This document shows positions 7,343 to 14,427 of a stretch of DNA of 15,749 nt, in pieces. Source of the DNA: a virus; the UHGV virus genome UHGV-0120055. One strand, 5' to 3'. Positions within the stretch are counted from its first letter, which is position 1, and each line of letters begins with the position of its first letter. The notes beneath the pieces are model-generated. The model made no database searches, had not been told where the DNA came from, and was given only the letters and a program-made list of their open reading frames with translations. The translations under genes and the position numbers were made by a program.

Positions 7343-7619
7343 TTCTGCCATTCCGGGACGTTACACTGTTCAGGCACCTTATAAAGCGGGTGCCGGGATT
7401 GGCGTCCTGAAATTGATTACTGAGCATAACCGCGCTCATGCGGTTTTTTCGTGTCATGAGCATTGCTACGCCCAAATTATGGTGTGGCGTACAGGGCCGA
7501 CTTCGGTCGGGCCGGGTTCGGTAGTCTCCGGTAACGCCAACCCTGTACGTCTCACCACCTCTGTGATTGGCGTCCCATGTGGTGAGTTTTCTAAAAAACT
7601 GACTACCGGGGCTGTCACC

Positions 7620-8165
7620 ATGACTACTCTCCCAACCATCTCTCAACCTGAAATTGCCATCGTTGATGGTCAGGCTGTTACATCTTCTTTGGCTGTTGCT
7701 GACTTCTTCTCTAAACGTCATGACGATGTACTGAAAAAGATCCGCACGCTTGAATGCTCAGCATCATTCACTGCCCGCAATTTTTCGGTGAGTGATTACA
7801 CTGATTGCACAGGTCGCAAACTTCCTTGCTACCAAATCACACGCGACGGTTTTGCGTTTCTTGCTATGGGTTTCACGGGTAAACGTGCTGCCCAGTTCAA
7901 AGAGGCATACATCAATGCCTTTAACCAGATGGAGAAACAGCTTTCAAAGCCCTCTGTACCGAGCGACGTTGCACATAACGCCAGCGTTCTCTATTCCTAC
8001 ATTTCATCAATTCATCAGGTCTGGCTGCAGCAGCTTTATCCCATGTTGGCAAAAGCCGAATCCCCGCTGGCTGTAAGTCTGTATGACCGCATCAACGACG
8101 CGGCGCTACTGGCCAGTCTCATAAATTTGTCGCTGAACCCTTCAGAGGTAAGGGGGCGCAAATGA
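7620..8165 (+). CDS. Rha-family phage regulatory protein (start uncertain)
   Basis: Translation from ATG 7620 (MTTLPTISQPEIAIVDGQ...) contains the Rha-domain signature (KRHDDVLKKI ... YQITRDGFAFLAMGFTGKRAAQFKEAYINAF). The same frame is open upstream to ATG 7014, but those 202 residues are compositionally atypical (see findings). Confidence 0.65.
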   Translation: MTTLPTISQPEIAIVDGQAVTSSLAVADFFSKRHDDVLKKIRTLECSASFTARNFSVSDYTDCTGRKLPCYQITRDGFAFLAMGFTGKRAAQFKEAYINAFNQMEKQLSKPSVPSDVAHNASVLYSYISSIHQVWLQQLYPMLAKAESPLAVSLYDRINDAALLASLINLSLNPSEVRGRK

Positions 8166-8386
8166 TCCGGAATATTTTCAAACGGTTTACCAATCATACT
8201 TTCCGTTGTCCTCGTCCGGGTCAGTGGTACACCACGCCTGCAGGGCATGTTCTACGTGTTAGCCTGGTTGACCGTGAATGCCAGAAGGTGATTTGTGAAC
8301 CGCTGGGCCGTAATTACCGCGTCAGTATGCCGCTTATAGCCTTTCGCTCCGGAAAAAACATGAAGCATCTCGGAGGTGCGGCATGA
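8162..8386 (+). CDS. hypothetical protein (74 aa)
   Basis: ATGA overlaps at both ends (8162-8165 with Rha stop; 8383-8386 with the O-like start) suggest a translationally coupled real gene. No family recognised. Confidence 0.5.
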   Translation: MIRNIFKRFTNHTFRCPRPGQWYTTPAGHVLRVSLVDRECQKVICEPLGRNYRVSMPLIAFRSGKNMKHLGGAA

Positions 8387-9375
8387 GCCTGTTAATGACA
8401 TCCCAGCCCATTGTGATAAATCGTGATCTTGCATGCCGTATTGGTCTGAATGAGGCAATTGTGTTGCAGCAGCTTCATTACTGGCTGAATGAAACGAATT
8501 CAGGCACTGAGCATGGCGGAATTCGCTGGGTTTATAACACGACAGAACAGTGGCTGGAGCAGTTTCCGTTCTGGTCAGAGTCCACTCTGAAACGCACATT
8601 TGCAAGCCTGAAATCACTTGGGGTTTTGCGTCGCGAGCAACTCAATAAATCGAAGCGTGACATGACCAACTTCTACACGATCAACTATGAAAGTGAGCTT
8701 TTAGAAGAGGTCAAAGTGAACGAATCCATCAGGTCAAAATGCACCTCTCCATCGGGTCAAAGTGACCTGATGGATGAGCGCAAAATGACACGATCCATTG
8801 GTTCAAAACGACACGCTGTCATCGGGTCAAAATGGCCCAATGATCTTACAGAGAATACAACAGAGATTACTACAGAGAATAAAACCTCTTCTCGTCCGGA
8901 CGCTTCGCAACCGGACACGCAGATGGCTGAACAGGATTTTTTAACTCGCCATCCTGATGCGGTTGTATTCAGCCCTAAAAAGCGCCAGTGGGGAACGCAG
9001 GATGATTTGACCTGCGCACAGTGGCTCTGGAAAAAAATCATCGCTCTGTACGAGCAGGCCGCCGAATGTGACGGCGAAGTGGTACGTCCTAAAGAACCGA
9101 ACTGGACAGCCTGGGCAAACGAAATTCGCCTGATGTGTGTACAGGATGGGCGTACTCACAAACAAATCTGCGAGATGTACAGCCGCGTCAGCCGCGATCC
9201 GTTCTGGTGCCGTAACGTGCTCAGCCCGTCGAAGCTGCGGGAAAAATGGGATGAGCTTTCCCTGCGCTTATCGCCGTCCGTCAGCACGTACACAGAAAAA
9301 CGCGAAGACCCGTACTTCAAAGCCAGTTACGACAACGTGGACTACAGCCAGATCCCGGCAGGATTCAGGGGGTGA
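8383..9375 (+). CDS. replication initiator / replisome organizer (lambda O-like)
   Basis: N-terminal region (LNEAIVLQQLHYWLNE ... WSESTLKRTFASLKSLGVL) resembles phage replisome-organizer N-domains; GGAGG SD at 8372-8376; an iteron array lies in the linker-coding region as in lambda O. Confidence 0.75.
   Translation: MSLLMTSQPIVINRDLACRIGLNEAIVLQQLHYWLNETNSGTEHGGIRWVYNTTEQWLEQFPFWSESTLKRTFASLKSLGVLRREQLNKSKRDMTNFYTINYESELLEEVKVNESIRSKCTSPSGQSDLMDERKMTRSIGSKRHAVIGSKWPNDLTENTTEITTENKTSSRPDASQPDTQMAEQDFLTRHPDAVVFSPKKRQWGTQDDLTCAQWLWKKIIALYEQAAECDGEVVRPKEPNWTAWANEIRLMCVQDGRTHKQICEMYSRVSRDPFWCRNVLSPSKLREKWDELSLRLSPSVSTYTEKREDPYFKASYDNVDYSQIPAGFRG
8709..8890 (+). repeat. origin-like iteron array plus A-rich direct repeats inside the O-like gene
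   Basis: Four 17-bp iterons TCCATC(A/G)GGTCAAA(A/G)TG at 8725-8741, 8748-8764, 8794-8810, 8818-8834 and a partial copy at 8709-8719; iteron 2 extends into a palindrome (...GTGACCTGATGGA); then ACAGAGA x3 in an A-rich tract (8845-8885). Confidence 0.6.
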
Positions 9376-9377
9376 TT

Positions 9378-9866
9378 ATGAGTATTTTGAATGAAGTTCA
9401 GAAATTCATTGAAGCCCATCCGGGGTGTACTTCCGGAGACATTGCGGATGCTTTTGCAGGTTACTCACGGCAGCGCGTTCTGCAGTCAGCAAGCAAGTTA
9501 CGTCAGAGTGGGCGTGTGGCTCACCGTTGTGAAGGAGATACACGCAGACATTTCCCGCGCCTGACTGAGAGAGCGCAGGAACCGGAACCACAACCAGTTC
9601 GTGAAACCAGACCTGTGCGCAATTTCTATGTCGGCACTAACGATCCCCGTGTGATTTTGTGCCTGACCCGTCAGGCGGAAGAACTGGAGTCCAGGGGCTT
9701 ATACCGTCGTGCTGCAACCGTGTGGATGGCGGCATTCCGTGAAAGCCACTCCCAGCCAGAACGAAACAATTTTCTGGCGCGTCGTGAGCGGTGCTTACGG
9801 AAAAGCAGCAAGCGCGCTGCATCGGGTGAAGAGTGGTATCTGTCAGGGAATTACGTGGGGGCTTAA
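9378..9866 (+). CDS. putative transcriptional regulator (wHTH-like N-terminus; PerC-like C-terminal motif)
   Basis: ATG 9378 with GGGGG SD (9368-9372). C-terminal LESRGLYRRAATVWMAAF recalls the PerC/Pch motif; tentative. Confidence 0.55.
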   Translation: MSILNEVQKFIEAHPGCTSGDIADAFAGYSRQRVLQSASKLRQSGRVAHRCEGDTRRHFPRLTERAQEPEPQPVRETRPVRNFYVGTNDPRVILCLTRQAEELESRGLYRRAATVWMAAFRESHSQPERNNFLARRERCLRKSSKRAASGEEWYLSGNYVGA

Positions 9867-10519
9867 TGAGTAATAAATATTGCCAGGCGCTGGTGGAACT
9901 GCGGAACAAACCAGCCCATGAACTGAAGGAAGTGGGCGATCAGTGGCGCACGCCGGACAACATTTTCTGGGGAATTAACACCCTGTTTGGCCCGTTTGTT
10001 CTGGATCTGTTCACTGACGGTGATAACGCCAAATGTGCCGCGTATTACACGGCGGAAGACAACGCGCTTGCGCATGACTGGTCAGAACGTCTTGCGGAGC
10101 TTAAAGGTGCTGCCTTTGGTAATCCCCCATACAGCCGCGCCAGTCAGCATGAGGGGCAATACATCACCGGCATGCGTTACATCATGAAACATGCCAGTGC
10201 CATGCGTGATAAGGGCGGGCGCTATGTTTTCCTGATCAAAGCTGCCACCAGCGAAGTGTGGTGGCCGGAAGATGCAGATCATATTGCTTTTATTCGCGGG
10301 CGTATTGGTTTTGAACTGCCTGTCTGGTTTATCCCGAAAGACGAGAAGCAGGTACCGACAGGAGCTTTTTTCGCTGGTGCTATTGCTGTTTTTGACAAGA
10401 CCTGGAAGGGACCGGCAATCAGCTACATCGGGCGCGATGAACTTGAGGCATGTGGTGAGGCGTTTCTGGCGCAGGTTCGCCAGCAGGCGGAAAAACTGGT
10501 CAGGGAGATGGCGGCATGA
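9866..10519 (+). CDS. phage Dam-family DNA N6-adenine methyltransferase
   Basis: NPPY motif (GNPPYSR) and upstream WRTPDNIF ... FVLDLFTD pattern typical of phage Dam-family methyltransferases; ATG 9866 overlaps the upstream TAA (TAATG); GGGGG SD at 9856-9860. Confidence 0.8.
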   Translation: MSNKYCQALVELRNKPAHELKEVGDQWRTPDNIFWGINTLFGPFVLDLFTDGDNAKCAAYYTAEDNALAHDWSERLAELKGAAFGNPPYSRASQHEGQYITGMRYIMKHASAMRDKGGRYVFLIKAATSEVWWPEDADHIAFIRGRIGFELPVWFIPKDEKQVPTGAFFAGAIAVFDKTWKGPAISYIGRDELEACGEAFLAQVRQQAEKLVREMAA

Positions 10520-10842
10520 CGACGTTAACTCAATGCCAGCAGCAGGTGCTGGATATGCTGATTTCTTATCAGAAAGAACGTGGCTTCCCGCCAACCAATC
10601 AGGAGGTGGCAACCATGCTGGGATACCGTTCAGTGAATGCAGCGGTGGAGCATCTTCGCGCACTGGAGAAAAAAGGCGTCATCACGATAAAGCGTGGCGT
10701 GGCCCGGGGGATAACGCTTCATACCGCGGTGAAGGACGACGACAGCGAGGCGGTCGGGATTATCCGCGCACTGCTTGCCGGTGAGGAAAACGCAAGGCTG
10801 CGTGCAACCCACTGGTTACATGAGAGGGACCTGAAAGTATGA
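10516..10842 (+). CDS. LexA N-terminal DNA-binding-domain-like protein (no peptidase domain)
   Basis: MTTLTQCQQQVLDMLISYQKERGFPPTNQEVATMLGYRSVNAAVEHLRALEKKGVI closely parallels the LexA winged-helix N-domain ([56 protein letters not shown], from memory); only 108 aa with no S24 domain; ATGA overlaps at both ends. Confidence 0.7.
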   Translation: MTTLTQCQQQVLDMLISYQKERGFPPTNQEVATMLGYRSVNAAVEHLRALEKKGVITIKRGVARGITLHTAVKDDDSEAVGIIRALLAGEENARLRATHWLHERDLKV

Positions 10843-11228
10843 AGCTGATCCTGCCTTTTCCGCCCAGCGTGAACACGTACTGGCGACACCCCAACAAAGG
10901 GGCGTTTGCTGGTAAGAGTCTGATAAGCGCGGCGGGGCGAAAATTCCAGAGCGCGGCGTGCGCAGCAATAGTTGAGCAGTTACGTCGTCTGCCGAAACCA
11001 ACGTCGGCACCTGCTTCAGTGGAGATCGTGTTGTTTCCTCCGGATAACCGGATCCGCGATCTGGACAACTATAACAAGGCGCTGTTTGACGCCCTGACCC
11101 ACGCGGGTGTGTGGGAAGACGACAGTCAGGTGAAAAGAATGCTGGTGGAGTGGGGACCGGTTATCCCGGAAGGGAAGGTCGAGATCACTATCAGTAAGTA
11201 CGAGAAAACGGCGGGTGCAGCCGCCTGA
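10839..11228 (+). CDS. rusA: RusA Holliday-junction resolvase
   Basis: MKLILPFPPSVNTYW ... DLDNYNKALFDALTHAGVWEDD matches the RusA family signature; common in lambdoid nin regions. Confidence 0.85.
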   Translation: MKLILPFPPSVNTYWRHPNKGAFAGKSLISAAGRKFQSAACAAIVEQLRRLPKPTSAPASVEIVLFPPDNRIRDLDNYNKALFDALTHAGVWEDDSQVKRMLVEWGPVIPEGKVEITISKYEKTAGAAA

Positions 11229-11247
11229 TCAAGAGGAGAAACGAAGT

Positions 11248-12057
11248 ATGAATAATCTGATGGTCATTGATGGTATTGAAGTTCGTCGTGATGCTTATGG
11301 GCGTTACAGCCTGAACGATCTGCATCGCGCAGCAGTAGCATCTGGTGCAAATGCCAGAACCAAGGAGCCGGGAAAGTTTCTTTCCAGCCAACAAACTGTT
11401 GAGCTTGTTCATGAATTGACCAACACCCAGAATTTGGGTGTTGACCCGGTGAGTGTGATTCATGGGGGAAATGAACGGGGAACGTATGTCTGCAAGGAAC
11501 TGGTGTATGCCTATGCAATGTGGATCAGCCCGTCATTCCATCTGAAGGTGATCCGTACTTTCGATATGGTAACCAGCGCACCGGAAAAATTATCCGGACA
11601 GGCTGCTGACAAGATGCAGGCTGGCGTGATCCTGCTGGACTTTATGCGCCGGGAGTTAAACCTGTCTAACTCTTCAGTGCTTGGTGCCTGTCAGAAACTC
11701 CAGGAGGCTGTTGGCTTACCGAATCTGGCACCGCGCTATGCCATTGATGCTCCTGCTGACGCGCCTGATGGCTCAAGCCGCCCCACGCTATCATTGAGTG
11801 CACTGCTGAAGCAGTATGGTATCCGCCTGACAGCTAATCAGGCATATCACCAGATGGCGAAGCTGGGGATCGTTGAACAACGTGAACGATACAGCCGCAC
11901 TGCGATTAACAACATCAAAAAATTCTGGTCGCTGACGGCGAAAGGCTGCATGTTCGGCAAGAACATCACCAGTCCCGCAAATCCGCGCGAGACGCAGCCG
12001 CATTTCTTCGAATCCCGATTCCCTGAGCTGTTAAAGCTGCTCGATACCGTTCATTGA
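11248..12057 (+). CDS. KilA-N domain protein
   Basis: ATG 11248 with AGAGGAG SD (11232-11238); N-terminus MNNLMVIDGIEVRRDAYGRYSLNDLHRAA ... GTYVCKELVYAYAMWISPSFHLKV matches the KilA-N pattern; C-terminal half unassigned. Confidence 0.7.
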   Translation: MNNLMVIDGIEVRRDAYGRYSLNDLHRAAVASGANARTKEPGKFLSSQQTVELVHELTNTQNLGVDPVSVIHGGNERGTYVCKELVYAYAMWISPSFHLKVIRTFDMVTSAPEKLSGQAADKMQAGVILLDFMRRELNLSNSSVLGACQKLQEAVGLPNLAPRYAIDAPADAPDGSSRPTLSLSALLKQYGIRLTANQAYHQMAKLGIVEQRERYSRTAINNIKKFWSLTAKGCMFGKNITSPANPRETQPHFFESRFPELLKLLDTVH

Positions 12058-12058
12058 G

Positions 12059-13054
12059 GTGACCGTGAGAGCACTACTGACTCCTGAAATTGCCCCGCGT
12101 ATGGGGATCGTATTGTTCAGGCCAGGTTCAGAGCTGATGCCCCTGTTTATGCAGGGGCGTGTCCTGCTGGAGCCTGAGCCGGAACGTTATTCATCTTTCG
12201 CCAGTGGTGCCGTTCCGGCGGCATCACAACCGCTGGCGGATGATCCTGCCGTTCGGGCCGTGTTCCGCAATGAGGCAGTGATTCGTCGTGCTGGTGGCGT
12301 GGAATGTCTTGAAAGCTGGTTACTTCGTGAAAAAGGCTGCCAGTGGCCTCATTCCGACTGGCACAGCGAGAACATGACCACAATGCGACACGCGCCGGGC
12401 GCAATCCGTCTGTGCTGGCACTGCGATAACCAGCTGCGCGATCAGTTCACGGAACGGCTGGAATCAATGGCAACGGATAACTGTGCCCGCTGGGTGTTAT
12501 CTGTTGTGCGTCGGGATCTCGGTTTTGATGATAGTCACGTTGTGACAATGCCGGAACTGTGCTGGTGGCTGGTTCGTAATGATCTGGCGGATGCCTTACC
12601 GGAAAGCGCAGCCCGTAAGGCACTGAGATTACCGAAGCCTGTTGTGCCGTCTGTCACCCGGGAAAGTGACCTTGTGCCTTCGGTTCCTGCCACCAGCATC
12701 ATCCAGGATAAAGCGAAAAAGGTGCTGGCGCTGAAAGTGGATCCGGAGTCGCCGGAGTCTTTTATGTTACGCCCAAAACGTCGCCGCTGGGTTAATGAAA
12801 AGTACACGCGCTGGGTTAAGACGCAGCCGTGCGCATGTTGTGGAAAGCCTGCTGATGATCCCCACCACCTGATAGGTCACGGTCAGGGTGGAATGGGAAC
12901 AAAAGCGCATGACCTCTTTGTGTTGCCTTTGTGCAGAAAGCATCACGACGAGCTGCATGCGGATACCGTGGCATTTGAAGAGAAGTATGGTTCCCAGCTG
13001 GAGCTGATATTTCGTTTTATCGATCGTGCGCTGGCAATAGGCGTACTGGCGTAA
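12059..13054 (+). CDS. DUF968-family protein with C-terminal Cys/His (HNH-like) motif
   Basis: C-terminus PCACCGKPADDPHHL ... CRKHHDELH; resembles YdfU/DUF968 proteins found upstream of Q in Qin-like prophages. Start is GTG 12059 or 12065 (TGAGG SD at 12055-12059 favours 12065). Confidence 0.65.
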   Translation: MTVRALLTPEIAPRMGIVLFRPGSELMPLFMQGRVLLEPEPERYSSFASGAVPAASQPLADDPAVRAVFRNEAVIRRAGGVECLESWLLREKGCQWPHSDWHSENMTTMRHAPGAIRLCWHCDNQLRDQFTERLESMATDNCARWVLSVVRRDLGFDDSHVVTMPELCWWLVRNDLADALPESAARKALRLPKPVVPSVTRESDLVPSVPATSIIQDKAKKVLALKVDPESPESFMLRPKRRRWVNEKYTRWVKTQPCACCGKPADDPHHLIGHGQGGMGTKAHDLFVLPLCRKHHDELHADTVAFEEKYGSQLELIFRFIDRALAIGVLA

Positions 13055-13067
13055 GTGGAGAACGAGC

Positions 13068-13820
13068 ATGAACCTTGAAGCCTTACCGAAATATTACTCC
13101 CCGAAATCTCCAAAATTGAGCGATGACGCACCGGCGACAGGCTCTGGTGGTTTAACAATTACGGATGTAATGGCTGCGCAGGGTATGGTGCAGTCGAAAG
13201 CACCGCTTGGGTTTGCCTTATTCCTGGCAAAAGTTGGTGTTCAGGATCCTCAGTTTGCGATTGAAGGTCTGCTCAATTACGCGATGGCACTGGATAACCC
13301 GACATTGAACAAATTGAGTGAAGAAACCCGGTTACAGATCATCCCTTACCTTGTGAACTTTGCCTTTGCTGATTATTCCAGGTCTGCGGCAAGTAAGGCT
13401 CGCTGTGAGCATTGTGCTGGTACTGGATTTCATAATGTATTGCGCGAAGTGGTGAAACACTCCAGAAGCGGGGAATCTGTTATCAAGGAAGAGTGGGTGA
13501 AGGAACTGTGTCAGCATTGTCATGGTAAGGGAGAAGTCAGCACAGCGTGCAGAGGGTGTAAGGGTAAAGGTATTGTCCTGGATGAAAAAAGAACCCGGCT
13601 TCATGGCACGCCTGTTTATAAGGTTTGTGGGCGTTGCAATGGAAACCGGTTTAGCCGTTTACCAACCACACTGGCGCGGCTTCATGTCCAGAAGCTGGTA
13701 CCAGACCTGACGGATTATCAGTGGTACAAAGGATATGCAGATGTCATTGATAAACTGGTTACAAAGTGCTGGCAGGAAGAAGCATATGCAGAGATACAAT
13801 TGAGAAAGGTGACAAGATAA
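13068..13820 (+). CDS. late-gene antiterminator Q (phage 82 / Qin-type)
   Basis: 250 aa with Cys clusters (CEHCAGTG ... CQHCHGKG ... CRGCKGKG ... CGRCNG) and followed by a promoter plus strong terminator; GTGGAG SD at 13055-13060. Family by recollection. Confidence 0.7.
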   Translation: MNLEALPKYYSPKSPKLSDDAPATGSGGLTITDVMAAQGMVQSKAPLGFALFLAKVGVQDPQFAIEGLLNYAMALDNPTLNKLSEETRLQIIPYLVNFAFADYSRSAASKARCEHCAGTGFHNVLREVVKHSRSGESVIKEEWVKELCQHCHGKGEVSTACRGCKGKGIVLDEKRTRLHGTPVYKVCGRCNGNRFSRLPTTLARLHVQKLVPDLTDYQWYKGYADVIDKLVTKCWQEEAYAEIQLRKVTR

Positions 13821-13851
13821 ATGGTTTTCGCCGAAGATGACGACATGATGC

Positions 13852-13880
13852 TTGCGTTTTTCAAAAAATATGGATAAGAT
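13852..13880 (+). promoter_or_regulatory. candidate Q-dependent late promoter (pR'-like)
   Basis: -35 TTGCGT (13852-13857), 17-bp spacer, -10 TAAGAT (13875-13880), about 30 nt after the Q stop and about 45 nt before the terminator hairpin. Confidence 0.4.
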
Positions 13881-13926
13881 TTTTACAACGATGGGCTTTG
13901 TATGTCTACCGTTGATAAGATTTAAG

Positions 13927-13951
13927 AACCCGCCACTGAGCGGGTTTTTTT
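13927..13951 (+). terminator. rho-independent terminator (tR'-like)
   Basis: Stem AACCCGC / GCGGGTT (13927-13933 / 13940-13946) with loop CACTGA, followed by a T-run through 13951. Confidence 0.65.
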
Positions 13952-14073
13952 GTACCTGTAAACTTGGTGCAGTACAGTAAACACGCTGGTGGTCGTGAAT
14001 ACTGACTTTTTATCTTGCTGGCTTTTTAGACAAGAGTTATTGGTATGTCATGTTAACAAGAAGGGAAAAAGAC

Positions 14074-14277
14074 ATGCTAAAACAGCAAGATATGACAGAA
14101 ACCGCCGCCGCAGTCCTTCATTTCTTACCTGCTGACAAGTGGGTAACGCCACGCATGATGACGAGAACTACCGGAGTAAGCGAAGCCCGGTGCCAGTTAA
14201 TACTGACTCAGTTAGTTCTGGCGGGTCTGGCGAAGGATAACGGCGGGTACGGGAATAAATTCAGACGCTGCCAGTAA
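14074..14277 (+). CDS. small hypothetical protein (67 aa; possible winged-helix)
   Basis: Track ORF 14050..14277; internal ATG 14074 has AAGGGA SD (14061-14066). Segment TTGVSEARCQLILTQLVLAGLA is HTH-like. Confidence 0.4.
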   Translation: MLKQQDMTETAAAVLHFLPADKWVTPRMMTRTTGVSEARCQLILTQLVLAGLAKDNGGYGNKFRRCQ

Positions 14278-14427
14278 TGGCGGTTTCCTGCTGTGAAAAT
14301 GGGCGGCTGGTGGGTGTTGGTAGCACCTGCCAGCCATTCGCTCATGCTTACTGGTCACAAGCGAACCACGGCCCACTGCTTTAGCGCAAAAGCAGAGTGA
14401 GCCTACCAGAGTTACGCTTACTGATCC

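Noticed and set aside
7299-7721. 140-aa minus-strand ORF antisense to the 7014..8165 frame
   Set aside because: Arg/Ser/Gly-rich junk-like translation, no SD, and antisense to the Rha start.
9833-9865. GTG-initiated N-terminal extension of the Dam-family methyltransferase (track start 9833)
   Set aside because: The first ATG (9866) has a proper SD and a TAATG junction with the upstream gene; the extension would overlap the upstream gene by 34 nt.
10082-11068. Minus-strand ORFs (10082..10663, 10630..10812, 10760..11068, 10816..11010) opposite the Dam, LexA-like and RusA genes
   Set aside because: Antisense to confidently recognised genes, with Pro/Arg/Ser-rich translations typical of the reverse frame of GC-rich coding DNA.
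12147-13158. Minus-strand ORFs (12147..12404, 12535..12807, 12767..13069, 12943..13158) opposite the DUF968 and Q genes
   Set aside because: Antisense to genes with recognisable Cys/His motifs and good starts; no independent support.
13916-13921. Second TAAGAT hexamer as an independent promoter -10
   Set aside because: No acceptable -35 at 16-18 bp upstream (TGGGCT), and it abuts the terminator stem; kept only as part of the duplicated-motif observation.
13955-13976. Possible LexA/SOS box (CTGT ... ACAG) downstream of tR'
   Set aside because: CTGTAAACTTGGTGCAGTACAG has CTGT and ACAG 14 nt apart rather than the 8-nt spacing of the LexA box consensus.
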